Of a stretch of DNA of 64,000 nucleotides, positions 44,273 to 55,232 are shown piece after piece. The notes below the pieces were generated by a model. It was not told where the DNA came from. It was given only the letters and a program-made list of their open reading frames with translations, and did not search any database. The stretch is from Pseudomonadota bacterium (GTDB lineage: Bacteria; Bdellovibrionota_B; Oligoflexia; Oligoflexales; CAIYRB01): the NCBI GenBank assembly GCA_031416315.1, contig JANOTL010000138.1, positions 98,131 through 162,130 of the forward strand. Reading direction: 5' to 3'. The position numbers and the translations under genes were made by a program. Within the stretch, counting starts at the first letter, position 1; every line of letters starts with the position of its first letter.

Positions 44273-45403
44273 TCAGAAGGGCAATACGGAAACCCGCACC
44301 ACCTGCTCGTAGATCCAGATCGCGGCCAGGCCGCCGGTGATCGCCGAGCCCGCGTACAGGAACGTGCCCTTGTAGAACCGAGTCCGACGCAGGAGGAACG
44401 CGACCGGCAGAAAGACGGCGAGCACCACCAGCTGCGCAAGCTCGACCCCGATGTTGAACCCGACCAGCGGCGAAGCCAGATGCCAACCCTCGAGCCCGAG
44501 ATCCGTCAATGCCGAGGCGTAGCCGATCCCGTGCACCAGCCCGAACACGAAGCCGACGATCCAGCGCTGGGTTTTCACCGTTGGGAAGATGTTGTTCAGC
44601 GCCGTAAGGAGGATCGTCAGCGCCACGAGCGTTTCGACGAGCCGCGTCGGCGGCGGGCGGATGACGCCGAACGTCGTTAAGCACAGGCTCAGCGTGTGCG
44701 CCGCCGTGAACGCCGTCACCACCTTCGCCGTCTCGATTAGGACGGCGCTCAGACGCGCCTTCGGCACGAACCGCCGCCCGATCTGCCAGAACACCGCCGG
44801 CAGGAGCAGCGCGACGAGGAAGAGCATGTGATCGTACCCGCGGAAGATGTGCCGCATCCCCTCCCCGACGAAGCGACGCATCTGCCGCGTCCAACCACCC
44901 TCGTTCGGATCGAAGGTGAACGTGCGCTCTTTGTCCGTGAATGCAAACGCTTCCTGCTCCTCGCGGTAGCTCATGCGAAAGAGCCCACGATGCTGGGCAT
45001 CCACGTCGAAAAGCCCGTCGTAACGCACTTTCAGCAAACCCACGGCTTCCGTCATGCAGCTCGTGTTGAACAAGAGCGTCGCATAAGCGCCGTCGGCATA
45101 ATCGGTGACCGCGAGATCGAGCGGAACCAGCGCGCAAGGCCCGCGGTCCGTCGCGATCCCAAGCCGCTCCGCGGCGTAAGCGCGCAGCTCTGCGTCCTGC
45201 GCCTTCAGCTCTCCCCAGGTCACTTTCCCGTCGCCGTCACGGTCGAGCCCGAGGGCCAGCTCCAGGTCCTTCAGCGCCAAGTCGAGCTGCCCCGAAACCG
45301 TCGTGCCCTCGATGTCCACGGTGATGAACGCATCGCTCGGCTTGTGGGCGAGCGCCGGCGTCGCCCCTAAGAACATCGCCAGCACCAGAGTGAGATGACG
45401 CAT
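44273..45403 (-). CDS. HupE/UreJ-family membrane protein with periplasmic EF-hand-like N-domain
   Basis: Signal peptide. DRDGDGKVTWGE Ca-binding-like loop. Six TM with HGIGYA and E-rich helices as in the HupE_UreJ_2 family. Confidence 0.55.
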   Translation of the reverse strand: MRHLTLVLAMFLGATPALAHKPSDAFITVDIEGTTVSGQLDLALKDLELALGLDRDGDGKVTWGELKAQDAELRAYAAERLGIATDRGPCALVPLDLAVTDYADGAYATLLFNTSCMTEAVGLLKVRYDGLFDVDAQHRGLFRMSYREEQEAFAFTDKERTFTFDPNEGGWTRQMRRFVGEGMRHIFRGYDHMLFLVALLLPAVFWQIGRRFVPKARLSAVLIETAKVVTAFTAAHTLSLCLTTFGVIRPPPTRLVETLVALTILLTALNNIFPTVKTQRWIVGFVFGLVHGIGYASALTDLGLEGWHLASPLVGFNIGVELAQLVVLAVFLPVAFLLRRTRFYKGTFLYAGSAITGGLAAIWIYEQVVRVSVLPF

Positions 45404-46590
45404 CACAAAGCCTCGAGCTGTTTTTTCGCGCCGACCAGCGCCGGATCCAACGCCGCCGTCTTCGCCAGCCACGCCATCGCCGGCTCCGCCAAGCGCGGTT
45501 CCCGCGCCTTCGCCGCCGCCTCGAGGAGGAGCCGCGCATCGATCGGCTCGCGCTGCACCTTCCAATTCTCGTGCGCCAGGTGTGCCGCCAGGGCCGGCTC
45601 GTCCGTCACGTACAGGCGAAAGTAGGCCTCCTCACGCAAGTGCGGGGCGCTCCCCCGCTCGCGCTCGGCGACGAAGCGCTCCGCGAGCGCAGCCGCATGG
45701 GCTTTCGCCGCCGGGAGGCCGAGGCGCTTCTCGGCGACGGTCAGCCGCAGAAGAACGGAATCCTGCTCCGTCCGATCGGCGAGGAGGTCCAGTACCTCCT
45801 GATGCCGGCCGAGGTCGTTGAGGACATCCGCCATCGACACGAGGGAGAAAAGGTCCCCCGGCCATGCCGCTTGCGCCGCCTTGAAGTGCGCCAGGGCATC
45901 GTCGGTTCGCCCGATGCGCAGGGACAGCTCTCCCAAGGTCCCCTCGACCCAAGCGGCCGCGTGCGGCTCCGAGGGCGCAAGGAATGTCGCCATCGCCCGC
46001 AGCTGCTCGAGCGTCCGCGCCGCATTGCCTGAGAGACCGGCGGCGGCCGCGCTACAAGTCGCTTTGAGGATCACCTCGCGCCCGGACGGCAGACTCGCGC
46101 AAGTGGCCCGCGCGGCGTCGTACTCGGCGATGACGACGTGGATCATCGCCTTCATGAGGCGCGCGCTCACGTCATCCGGCCGTTTCAAGAGGTAGGCGTC
46201 AAGATCCTTCAGGGCCGCCGCAAACTCATGATTGAACTGCCGAATCGTCGCGCGCAAGCGCAAGACGTCGACCGGCGGCTCGGCTGCGGTCCACCACGGC
46301 TTCAGGGCGGCTTCCGCCTGACCGTAAGCTCGTGGATCCGCCTGCTCGCGACCGATCGCTACGAAACCCTCGGCAAGCCGCAGCGCGAGGTCCAGATTCT
46401 TCGGGTTCCGCGCCAGCTCGACATGCAGCGCGCGCAGCTCCTGCGGCACGTAGCCGTTGGCGCGCTTCGGCAGGATCTCGAGGACCACGGCGTCGTCGCG
46501 CGGCCGGTAAGTCTGCGCAAGTCCCGTGTTTTCGTAAGCCAAAAAGGCGCCGAGGAGCGTGCAGACCGTGAGCCACGTTCGATTTGACAA
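45403..46590 (-). CDS. Secreted TPR-like helical repeat protein
   Basis: Signal peptide. Alpha-helical A/L-rich repeats. Stop/start overlap with the downstream HupE-like gene. Confidence 0.45.
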   Translation of the reverse strand: MSNRTWLTVCTLLGAFLAYENTGLAQTYRPRDDAVVLEILPKRANGYVPQELRALHVELARNPKNLDLALRLAEGFVAIGREQADPRAYGQAEAALKPWWTAAEPPVDVLRLRATIRQFNHEFAAALKDLDAYLLKRPDDVSARLMKAMIHVVIAEYDAARATCASLPSGREVILKATCSAAAAGLSGNAARTLEQLRAMATFLAPSEPHAAAWVEGTLGELSLRIGRTDDALAHFKAAQAAWPGDLFSLVSMADVLNDLGRHQEVLDLLADRTEQDSVLLRLTVAEKRLGLPAAKAHAAALAERFVAERERGSAPHLREEAYFRLYVTDEPALAAHLAHENWKVQREPIDARLLLEAAAKAREPRLAEPAMAWLAKTAALDPALVGAKKQLEAL

Positions 46591-46677
46591 GGCTCGGAGT
46601 CCTTTCTAAGGTGCTCGCGCCGTCAACATTGCTGACTTTTGCCCAAGCCGTTCAAAAGCTGAAGAGAAAGGTTCCCC

Positions 46678-46995
46678 ATGAAACTCACCACTGTCAAGCT
46701 CGCTCTCGTCGCTGCCGCCACGCTCGCTCTCGCACCGCAAGCCTTCGCCCACAAGGCGAAAGACAATCACACGCACTGCGCCGTCGGCGGCAAGGGCGTC
46801 TCCGTCGCCGGCTCGACCGACGCGGAGCGCAAATCCGACTGCACCAAGCAAAAGGGCAGCTGGGACGAGAAAAAGACCCTGACGATCGACCCCAAGGGCA
46901 TGACCAAGGCCGAAGCGCCGAAGGTCGAGGACGCCGCGACGCCGGGCGCCACCGCCACCGATGGCGCGACGAAGACCGAAGAGCCCACGAAGTGA
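46678..46995 (+). CDS. Small secreted protein
   Basis: Signal peptide MKLTTVKLALVAAATLALAPQAFA. 105 aa, K/T/D-rich. Confidence 0.4.
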   Translation: MKLTTVKLALVAAATLALAPQAFAHKAKDNHTHCAVGGKGVSVAGSTDAERKSDCTKQKGSWDEKKTLTIDPKGMTKAEAPKVEDAATPGATATDGATKTEEPTK

Positions 46996-47167
46996 ATTCG
47001 TCACTCGGCCTCGCTGGCGCCTTCGCCTCGTCTCCGCCGTTCGACGCCGCGGCATCCGCCGATGCGACCGAATCGGGACGCGTCGGTGACGTCTCCTGCG
47101 AGGCGGAGCTTTTCCTGCCTCTGCCGCCTTCCTCTCGTGTTTTCTTCCTGCGCGCGCTGGCGGGCCT

Positions 47168-48748
47168 TTGGCTCTTCGACCGCGTCTTCTCCCTGGAGTT
47201 CATGCCGTTTTAAAGCTCATCCAAAAAGCCCTCGCGCGCGCCGCCGGCGTCAAGTCCGAGGACGACACCCCGCAAAACCAACAGCCGAAGCAGGATGCCG
47301 CCAAGCCCGCGGCCAAGCCCGCGGCCAAGCCCGCGGCCAAGCCCGAATCGAAGCCTGCCAAGGTCGTCGACACGAGCCCGGTCACGACCGAGGCCTTTGC
47401 CGCTTTGGGCCTCGAAGAGCCGATCCTCTCCGCGGTCGCGGCGCAGGGCTATCGCACGCCCACGCCGATCCAAAAGCAATCGATCCCTTACGTGCTGAAC
47501 AAGCGTGACATGCTCGGCTGCGCGCAGACCGGTACGGGCAAGACCGCCGCCTTCTCGCTTCCGATGATCCAGCTCCTGGCGAAAGCCTCGGCCTCGGAGC
47601 GCCACGGCAAGCGCTCGATCCGCGCCCTCGTCCTCGCGCCCACGCGCGAGCTCGCCATCCAGATCGACGAGAGCTTCCGCGCCTACGGCAAGGGCTCGGA
47701 CCTCCGCTGCGCCGTCGTCTACGGCGGCGTCGGTCTCTCGCCGCAGATCGACCAGCTGAAGCGCGGCCTCGACATTCTCGTCGCCACGCCGGGCCGCCTT
47801 CTCGACCTCCAAGGTCAGGGCTACGTCGACTTCCGTCACGTCGAAATCTTCGTCCTCGACGAAGCCGACCGCATGCTCGACATGGGCTTCATCCACGACG
47901 TCCGCAAGATCATCGCGGTCCTGCCGCCGAAGCGCCAGAACCTCCTCTTCTCCGCGACCATGCCGCGCGAGATCCAGGGCCTCGCCGACAAGCTCCTCCA
48001 CAACCCGGCGAAGGTCGCCGTCGCCGCGGTCTCCTCAACCGCCGAGACCGTCGAGCAAAAACTCTTCCTCGTCGACAAGAAGCTCAAGACGCGCCTTCTG
48101 GTCCACCTCTTCAACGAGGACCCGGCGATGTCGAAAGCGCTCGTCTTCACCCGCACCAAACACGGCGCCAACCGTCTCTCCGAGAACCTCGAAAAGAACG
48201 GCATCAAGGCCGAGGCGATCCACGGCAACAAGTCGCAGTCGGCGCGGCAGCGCGCGCTCTCCAACTTCAAGGCCGGAACGATCAGGGTCCTCGTCGCCTC
48301 CGACCTCGCCGCGCGCGGCCTCGACGTCGAGGAGATCTCGCACGTCGTGAACTTCGACTTCCCGAACATCCCCGAGACTTACGTCCACCGCATCGGCCGC
48401 ACGGGCCGCGCCGAGGCGACCGGCATCGCCATCAGCTTCTGCGACCAAGAGGAAAAAGCCTTCGTCCGCGACGCGGAGCGTCTTATTGGCCGGAAGATCC
48501 CGGTCATTGAAAATCATCCGTTTCCCATGGGAACCGCGGTATCAGCGGACGATCGCGACAATGAGTCCCGCGATCGCGACGGCGGCTCGCGCGGGGGCCG
48601 CGGAGGTGGCGGCAGTCGTCACGGAAGCTCCCGACCTGATTCACGTAACGCTAGTGCCCCAAGGCCTCCAGGGGGACAGGCGCCGCGCCCCGAAGGCGCG
48701 CCCAAGCGTCGCCGTCGCCGTCGCCCGAAGCCCGCCGGCGGTTCTTAA
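47168..48748 (+). CDS. DEAD-box ATP-dependent RNA helicase (RhlE/DeaD-like)
   Basis: Q-motif GYRTPTPIQ, Walker [28 protein letters not shown]-rich C-terminal tail. No in-frame ATG/GTG precedes the Q motif, so the start appears to be TTG at 47168 (uncertain). Confidence 0.85.
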   Translation: MALRPRLLPGVHAVLKLIQKALARAAGVKSEDDTPQNQQPKQDAAKPAAKPAAKPAAKPESKPAKVVDTSPVTTEAFAALGLEEPILSAVAAQGYRTPTPIQKQSIPYVLNKRDMLGCAQTGTGKTAAFSLPMIQLLAKASASERHGKRSIRALVLAPTRELAIQIDESFRAYGKGSDLRCAVVYGGVGLSPQIDQLKRGLDILVATPGRLLDLQGQGYVDFRHVEIFVLDEADRMLDMGFIHDVRKIIAVLPPKRQNLLFSATMPREIQGLADKLLHNPAKVAVAAVSSTAETVEQKLFLVDKKLKTRLLVHLFNEDPAMSKALVFTRTKHGANRLSENLEKNGIKAEAIHGNKSQSARQRALSNFKAGTIRVLVASDLAARGLDVEEISHVVNFDFPNIPETYVHRIGRTGRAEATGIAISFCDQEEKAFVRDAERLIGRKIPVIENHPFPMGTAVSADDRDNESRDRDGGSRGGRGGGGSRHGSSRPDSRNASAPRPPGGQAPRPEGAPKRRRRRRPKPAGGS

Positions 48749-48863
48749 TAAAATTTTGAATTCTATAGAAACTATTGTAAAAGAGGCCGCTGGCAGGTCC
48801 GGCCCTCCCCCGAAATCAGCTCAATGCGCCCCCGCAAAACGCCATTCTAAAGAGGTGCGACCG

Positions 48864-50519
48864 ATGAAACATGTTTCGATCAAAATGACGTTGGGCTTGG
48901 CTGCCCTGGTTTTCGCAAGCGCAGCGCACGCGGACCAAAAAAGTCGCGACCAGCGCAAGACGGGCGGCGAAGTCTACTGGAGCGCCGGCGACGAGCCGCC
49001 GTCGATGGACCCGACCAAGCAAGCCGACACGCTCTCCGGTATGTGGCTCGGCCACATGTTCGAAGGTCTGATGACCTACGACAAAGCCGGTAACGTCACG
49101 CACGGCACCGCCGAGTCGATGACCGCGTCGGAAGATAAGAAGACCTACACCTTCAAGATCCGCAAGAACGCCAAATGGCACGACGGCAAGCCCGTCGTCG
49201 CCGGCGACTTCGTCTACGCTTGGCAGCGCCTGGTCGACCCGGCCTACGCCTCCGAGTACTCGTTCATCGCCACCGCGGCCGCCATCGTCAACGCGGACGA
49301 GATCATCGCGAAGAAGCTCCCGAAAGAGCAGCTCGGCGCCAAAGCGATCGACGACTCGACCCTCGAAGTGAAGCTGAAGCACCCGGTCGCCTTCTTCGAC
49401 TCGCTGATGGCTTTCCAAGTCTTCTTCCCGGTCCGCAAGGACCTGGTCGACAAGTACGCGGACAAGTTCGCGAACGATCCGGCCTCGATCGTCGGCAACG
49501 GCCCCTTCAAGCTCGCGTCGTGGAACAAAGAGCAGTCCATGCGCATCGAGAAAGCCGACACGTATTGGAACGCCGCCGCGATCAAGCTCAAGGCGATCGA
49601 GTCGCCGGCCATGGTCAAGGACCTCCAGGCCAACTACAACAACTTCCAAACCGGCGGCATCGACCTCACGGGCGTCGGCCAGCCGGAGTTGATCAAGCAA
49701 GCGCAGGACGCGAAGCTCAAGATCTCGACGTTCCAAACGGGCTGCATCAGCTACATGCAGGCCAACGTTCGTGACGGCAAGCTCTTCTCGGACAAGAACC
49801 TGCGCCTCGCGATCCGTAACGGCATCGACCGCAACGAGTACGTGAACAAGATCATCGGCGTCCCGGGTTACAAGCCGGCCTACAGCATCATCCCGGATTA
49901 CATGCCGGGCTCGAAGCCGGGCCTCAGCTACGGCAAGGAAGCGCCCCTGTCCTTCAAGGACGCGGACGCCGCCGGCGCCAAGAAGCTCGTCGAAGCCTAC
50001 TTGAAAGAGAAGAAGCTCGACAAACTCCCCGCGTTCACGATCCTCTCGGGCGACTCCTCGCGCGCGAAAAAGTACGCGGAGTACTTCCAAAACAGCCTCT
50101 CGAAGCTCCTTGGAGCCGAAGTCAAGGTCGAGTCCGTCCCGTTCAAGACGCGCCTCCAGAAGACGCGTGACGGCCAGTTCGACATCGTCATGGCCGGCTG
50201 GTGCCCGGACTACCGCGACGCGATGACCTTCGCCGACCTCTTCACGACCAAGAACGAGAACAACAACTCGGGCTGGTCGAACAAAGAGTTCGACGCGTTG
50301 ATCGAGCAAGCCGGCGCCGAGACGGATCTCGCCAAGCGCATCCAGCTCTTCGCCAAGGCCAACAAGATCCTCACCGACGACGCGCCGTTGATCGCCGAAG
50401 AAGCCTCGGGCGGCGCCTTCGTGCTCGCCGGCGGCCTCGAAGGCGTCCAGCGCCGCATCTTCGGCGTCGACCCGGACTTCCGCTACGCGGAATGGACCGC
50501 GGGCAAAGCCAGCCACTGA
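48864..50519 (+). CDS. ABC transporter periplasmic substrate-binding protein, family 5 (OppA/DppA-like)
   Basis: ATG 48864 with AGAGG RBS. Signal peptide. Family-5 solute-binding-protein length and motifs. Confidence 0.9.
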   Translation: MKHVSIKMTLGLAALVFASAAHADQKSRDQRKTGGEVYWSAGDEPPSMDPTKQADTLSGMWLGHMFEGLMTYDKAGNVTHGTAESMTASEDKKTYTFKIRKNAKWHDGKPVVAGDFVYAWQRLVDPAYASEYSFIATAAAIVNADEIIAKKLPKEQLGAKAIDDSTLEVKLKHPVAFFDSLMAFQVFFPVRKDLVDKYADKFANDPASIVGNGPFKLASWNKEQSMRIEKADTYWNAAAIKLKAIESPAMVKDLQANYNNFQTGGIDLTGVGQPELIKQAQDAKLKISTFQTGCISYMQANVRDGKLFSDKNLRLAIRNGIDRNEYVNKIIGVPGYKPAYSIIPDYMPGSKPGLSYGKEAPLSFKDADAAGAKKLVEAYLKEKKLDKLPAFTILSGDSSRAKKYAEYFQNSLSKLLGAEVKVESVPFKTRLQKTRDGQFDIVMAGWCPDYRDAMTFADLFTTKNENNNSGWSNKEFDALIEQAGAETDLAKRIQLFAKANKILTDDAPLIAEEASGGAFVLAGGLEGVQRRIFGVDPDFRYAEWTAGKASH

Positions 50520-50562
50520 TTCGGCTGTCGGTCCCCTCGTAAATCTTGCCCTTGGGTTGTCG

Positions 50563-51534
50563 ATGAAGGCGTTCTTCTCTTCCGGTCTGGTCAGGTTCCT
50601 CGGGGGGCGGCTTTTGCTGTCCATCGTGACGCTCCTCGCGCTCGCGAGTCTCACCTTCGTCTTCATGCGCGCGGTCCCCGGCGACCCGCTCACGCGTACG
50701 AAAGAGATCCCGGCCGCGGTGCGCCAGAACCTGGAAGAGAAGTACGGCCTCACCAAGCCCATGTGGCAGCAGTACCTGATCCAGATGGACCGGATGTTCC
50801 TCAAGGGCGACTTTGGGGAGAGCTTCCGGACCGTCGGTCGTAGCGTCAACGCGATGATCGAGGAGCAGTTCCCGCGCAGCGCGATTCTAGGAATCGTGGC
50901 GCTCGTGGTCGGCACGACCGTGGGGCTGCTCCTCGGCATCTTCGCCGCTTTGTATCGAAACTCGCTCATCGACCGGACCGCCATGGTCCTTTGCGTCGTG
51001 GGCATCGCGATTCCGTCCGCGGTCATTGCGCCCGTGATCCAGTACTTCTTCGCCGTCTTCCCGCTCACCAACATGGGCGCGAACCCGGACTTCTGGCTGC
51101 GCCCGGTCGGCTGGGGCCAGACCCGCGACATCATCCTGCCCTCGCTCACCCTGAGCCTCGGCATCATCGCCGTCATGACGCGCTACATGCGCAGCCAGAT
51201 GGTCGACGTCTCCTTCGCCGAATACGTCCGTACCGCGAAAGCGAAGGGCGTTTCGACGCTCCGCCTCGTCGTGCGCCACGAGATCCGTAACGCCATCCTC
51301 CCCGTCATCTCGCTGCTCGGCCCGATCTTCGTCGGCGCCGTCTCGGGCTCCCTCGTCGTCGAGGGCGTCTTCGGCGTCCCCGGCTTAGGCGTCGCCTTCA
51401 TCAACTCGATCAACAACAACGACTACAACGTCCTGATGGGGCTCACCGTCTTTTACGGCGGCTTCTTCATTCTCGTGAACTTGCTGACGGACGTTCTGTA
51501 CGGCGTGATCGACCCCCGGATCCGGGTCGCGTGA
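50563..51534 (+). CDS. Peptide ABC transporter permease (OppB/DppB-like)
   Basis: Six TM. EAA-like loop of binding-protein-dependent permeases. Confidence 0.9.
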   Translation: MKAFFSSGLVRFLGGRLLLSIVTLLALASLTFVFMRAVPGDPLTRTKEIPAAVRQNLEEKYGLTKPMWQQYLIQMDRMFLKGDFGESFRTVGRSVNAMIEEQFPRSAILGIVALVVGTTVGLLLGIFAALYRNSLIDRTAMVLCVVGIAIPSAVIAPVIQYFFAVFPLTNMGANPDFWLRPVGWGQTRDIILPSLTLSLGIIAVMTRYMRSQMVDVSFAEYVRTAKAKGVSTLRLVVRHEIRNAILPVISLLGPIFVGAVSGSLVVEGVFGVPGLGVAFINSINNNDYNVLMGLTVFYGGFFILVNLLTDVLYGVIDPRIRVA

Positions 51535-51548
51535 GCGGCGAGGGAAGC

Positions 51549-53054
51549 ATGAGCAATCGTAAAATCGAAGGTAAAGACTCGCGCGAGCCGGCGGAGCCGC
51601 CGTTCACCGACGCGCAGTTCATGCCCATGCCGCGCGAAGCCGGCGAGGCCGAGATCATCTCGCGCCCGGCGCTGACCTACTGGCAGGACGCGATGAAGCG
51701 TCTGCGCCAAGACAAGCTGGCGATGACTTGCGTCGCGATCATCGCGATGGTCTGTCTCGTCGGCGTGGCCGGACCGTGGTTCTTCCCAGCGGAAGTCGAC
51801 GGCGTCCCGTACGAGAACCAGCAGAACCCGAACAACCTCGACGTCTCGCCCAACTTCGGCGAGAAGTTCGTCGTCACCGAGGACAGCTCGGGCTGGGGCG
51901 AGGACAAGATCGCCGCCAATTTCGACCCAGCCGCCGCGCCGATCCTCTCCGCGGGCCAGATCCCGCCGGTCACCGGCCTCAAAGTCAGCCAAGCCTCGGT
52001 CAACGGCGTCGTCCTCGAGTGGGACTGGATCGCCGGCGTCGCCGGATATCAGATCTATCGCACCGTCATCGAGCGCGACTCGCTGAAAGAGCCGGACCTC
52101 ATCCTCGGCTTGAAGCAGGGATCGCTCGAGCGCGGCATCGCCAGCGGCGAAGCCTCGCAGCCGGGCCAGGTCAGCTACACCGACCGCATGGGCCTCGACT
52201 CCTCCGAGCGCTACGCCTACACCGTCGTGCCCTATATCGACAATCCGAGCACTTTCCAGCGCGAAGAGTCGCAAGCGGCCGGCGTCGTCATCACGGACCT
52301 GAAGCGCACGATCAAGCTGAGCGACGCGCAGCTCCTCATCTCGAACGTCAAGGTCGGCGACGAGATCGCGGGCCGCGCCCATCCGTTCGGCACTGACGGC
52401 CTCGGTCGGGACGTGCTCGCGCGGATGGTTCAGGGCACCCGCATCGACATGCTCCTTGCGCTCCTCGTGCCGACGCTCGCGATCTTCCTCGGCGTTCTCT
52501 ACGGCGCCGTCTCCGGACTCATCGGCAAGACGACCGACGTCATCATGATGCGCATCGTCGAGATCGTGGACAACTTCCCTGATCTTCTCGTCTTCATTCT
52601 GCTGCAGGTCGCCTTCGGCAAAGGCCTCCTCACACTGATCGTCGCGCTCAGCATCTTCAGCTGGGCCGGCTTCGCCCGCATCGTCCGGGGCGAAGTGCTT
52701 CGCCTGCGGGAGATCGAGTTCGTGCAAGCCAGCCGCCTCCTCGGCGCCCCGGTCATGCGCCTCGTCATGAAACACATCGGCCCGAACCTCTTGGGCCTGA
52801 TCATCATCGCCTGGTCCTCGCGGATCCCGAACGTGATCGCGGCCGAGGCTTTCTTGTCGATGCTCGGCCTGGGTCTCGAGCAGCCGACCCCTTCCTGGGG
52901 CAACGTGGTCTTCGACGCCGCGCGCCGCCTGCAGGTGAATCCGATCCAATTCTTCTTGCCGGCCGCGGTGCTCGGCGTGACGCTGCTCGCCTTCTACCTG
53001 CTCGGCAACTCGCTCCGCGACGCGTTCGATCCCAAGCTCCGCGGTCGCGGCTGA
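51549..53054 (+). CDS. Peptide ABC transporter permease (OppC/DppC-like) with ~250-aa periplasmic insertion containing an FN3-like module
   Basis: ATG 51549 (GAGGGAAG RBS), overlapping the stop of the previous gene. First TM, then insertion with LKVSQASVNGVVLEWDWIAGVAGYQIYRT (FN3-like), then the five-TM permease core. Confidence 0.85.
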   Translation: MSNRKIEGKDSREPAEPPFTDAQFMPMPREAGEAEIISRPALTYWQDAMKRLRQDKLAMTCVAIIAMVCLVGVAGPWFFPAEVDGVPYENQQNPNNLDVSPNFGEKFVVTEDSSGWGEDKIAANFDPAAAPILSAGQIPPVTGLKVSQASVNGVVLEWDWIAGVAGYQIYRTVIERDSLKEPDLILGLKQGSLERGIASGEASQPGQVSYTDRMGLDSSERYAYTVVPYIDNPSTFQREESQAAGVVITDLKRTIKLSDAQLLISNVKVGDEIAGRAHPFGTDGLGRDVLARMVQGTRIDMLLALLVPTLAIFLGVLYGAVSGLIGKTTDVIMMRIVEIVDNFPDLLVFILLQVAFGKGLLTLIVALSIFSWAGFARIVRGEVLRLREIEFVQASRLLGAPVMRLVMKHIGPNLLGLIIIAWSSRIPNVIAAEAFLSMLGLGLEQPTPSWGNVVFDAARRLQVNPIQFFLPAAVLGVTLLAFYLLGNSLRDAFDPKLRGRG

Positions 53055-53061
53055 GGCTCCC

Positions 53062-54096
53062 ATGCAAGGCAAAATCCTGCTCGACGTCAAAAATCTGTCG
53101 GTCAACTTCGCCGTCCACGGCGGCGAGGTGAAAGCCGTTCGTGACGTCTCCTTTCACGTGTTGGAAGGCGAGACGCTCTGCATCGTCGGCGAGTCCGGCT
53201 CGGGCAAATCCGTCTCGACGCAAGCCGTCATGGGCATCCTGCCGATGCCTCCCGGCAAGATCACCGGCGGCAAGGTCCAGTTCGACGGCAAGGACCTGGT
53301 CGCGATGACGCCGAAGGAGCGCCGCCAGATCATCGGCAAAGACATCACGATGATCTTCCAGGATCCGCTCGTGAGCCTGAACCCGACGATGACGGTGAAC
53401 GACCAGATCGCCGAGTCGCTGGTCGTCCACACGGACATGAACGCCGAGCAACGCAAGAAGCGCGTGCTCGAGCTTCTTGAGCTGGTGCGCATCCCCGAGC
53501 CCGCGCATCGCATGTATCAGTTCCCGCACGAGCTCTCCGGCGGCATGCGCCAGCGCGTCATGATCGCGATGGCGCTCGCCTGCAATCCGAAGCTCTTGAT
53601 CGCCGACGAGCCGACCACGGCCCTCGACGTCACCATCCAAGCGCAGATCCTCGTGCTCATCAAAGAGCTGTCGAAGCGCTTGAACATGGCGACCATCCTG
53701 ATCACGCACGACCTCGGCGTCGTCGCGAAGATGGCGGATCGGGTCGCCGTCATGTACGCCGGTCAAATCGTGGAAGAGGGCTCGGTCGACGACGTCTTCT
53801 ACCGCCCCAAACACCCGTATACGCTCGGACTCCAGAAGGCGATGCCGAAGGACGACGGCGTCTCCGGCGAGCCCCTCACGCCGATCCCCGGCACGCCGCC
53901 CGACCTCTTCGCCCCGCCGGTCGGCTGCGCCTTCGCCCCTCGCTGCGGCGCCGCGATGGTGATCTGCAAAGAGCGTCAGCCGCCGATGACGGAAAAAGGC
54001 GGCCAACGCGCCATGTGCTGGCTTCAACACGAGAAGGGCGCGAGCCTCCGCACCGCTTACGGACTCCACTCCGTCGAGCAAAGGGTTGCCCCGTGA
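53062..54096 (+). CDS. Peptide ABC transporter ATP-binding protein (OppD/DppD-like)
   Basis: Walker A GESGSGKS, signature LSGGMRQR, Walker [12 protein letters not shown]-terminal oligopeptide-transporter extension. Confidence 0.9.
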   Translation: MQGKILLDVKNLSVNFAVHGGEVKAVRDVSFHVLEGETLCIVGESGSGKSVSTQAVMGILPMPPGKITGGKVQFDGKDLVAMTPKERRQIIGKDITMIFQDPLVSLNPTMTVNDQIAESLVVHTDMNAEQRKKRVLELLELVRIPEPAHRMYQFPHELSGGMRQRVMIAMALACNPKLLIADEPTTALDVTIQAQILVLIKELSKRLNMATILITHDLGVVAKMADRVAVMYAGQIVEEGSVDDVFYRPKHPYTLGLQKAMPKDDGVSGEPLTPIPGTPPDLFAPPVGCAFAPRCGAAMVICKERQPPMTEKGGQRAMCWLQHEKGASLRTAYGLHSVEQRVAP

Positions 54097-55115
54097 CCAC
54101 GACGCAAAACCACCCGACGCATGCCGCGAACAAATGGTCGAGCACCTCCAAGGGCACGGCCGGCACGCCCTTGATCGAGGTCAAGCACCTCACGAAGAAG
54201 TTCGACCTCGGGCACGGCAAGATCTTGCACGCCGTCGACGACGTGTCCTTCGAGATCAAGAAGGGCGAGACCCTGGGCCTCGTCGGCGAGTCCGGCTGCG
54301 GCAAGTCGACCCTCGGCCGCACGCTCGTGCGCATGTACGAGCCGTCCGGCGGCGAATTCAGCTTCGACGGCCAGAACGTGCCCGTGAAGATGAACATCGC
54401 GGCGCGCAAAGATTACGCGCGCAAGGCGCAGATGATCTTCCAAGATCCTTACGCCAGCCTAAACCCGCGCATGACCGTCGGTGACATCGTCGCCGAGGGT
54501 CCAGATATCCACGAGCTGTGGACGCGCGGCGAGCGTCAACAGAAGATCGATTTTTGGCTGAAGCGCGTCGGCCTCGTTCCCGAGCACGCCTTCCGTTTTC
54601 CGCACGAGTTCTCCGGCGGCCAACGTCAACGCATCGGCCTTGCGCGCGCCTTGGCGCTCGAGCCGAAATTCGTCGTCTGCGACGAGCCGATCTCGGCCCT
54701 CGACGTCTCGATCCAAGCTCAGATCGTCACCCTTCTGCAGGACCTGCAGAAGGAGCTCGGCCTCACGTACTTGTTCATCGCGCACGGCCTCAGCATGGTG
54801 CGCTACATCTCGACCCGTATGGCGGTGATGTACCTCGGGCAAATCGTCGAGCTGGGCTTGGCCGAGGACGTCTACTCCCGGCCGATCCATCCGTACACGA
54901 AGGCCCTGGTCGCGGCCAATCCGTCTCCTGATCCGGCGCGTGAGCGCAGCCGTCCGGACACCCTCTTGGGCGGCGAGCTGACGAGTCCGGTCAACCCGAA
55001 AGCCGGTTGCCGTTTCGCCAACCGGTGCCCGATGGTCATCGACCGTTGCCGCGTGGAAACCCCCGCCCTGAGAGCGATTCAGCCAGGTCGGGTCGCCGCC
55101 TGCCACCGCGTCTGA
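54093..55115 (+). CDS. Peptide ABC transporter ATP-binding protein (OppF/DppF-like)
   Basis: GTG start in a GTGA overlap with the upstream stop. Walker [28 protein letters not shown]. Confidence 0.9.
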   Translation: MTTTQNHPTHAANKWSSTSKGTAGTPLIEVKHLTKKFDLGHGKILHAVDDVSFEIKKGETLGLVGESGCGKSTLGRTLVRMYEPSGGEFSFDGQNVPVKMNIAARKDYARKAQMIFQDPYASLNPRMTVGDIVAEGPDIHELWTRGERQQKIDFWLKRVGLVPEHAFRFPHEFSGGQRQRIGLARALALEPKFVVCDEPISALDVSIQAQIVTLLQDLQKELGLTYLFIAHGLSMVRYISTRMAVMYLGQIVELGLAEDVYSRPIHPYTKALVAANPSPDPARERSRPDTLLGGELTSPVNPKAGCRFANRCPMVIDRCRVETPALRAIQPGRVAACHRV

Positions 55116-55232
55116 TTTTGGCTCGCGCGCTAAGCAGCGGAGTTAACTGGCGTTCGAGCCCGAGCTAATCTCGGCGCCGGCTTTAACCGATGAATTCCCC
55201 TAGAGAGAGTCGTCTTTCAACGGGAACTTCGT

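Noticed and set aside
48816-51176. 786-aa minus-strand ORF antisense to oppA/oppB-like genes
   Set aside because: Overlaps clearly identifiable ABC substrate-binding and permease genes. An antisense open frame is expected by chance in GC-rich DNA.
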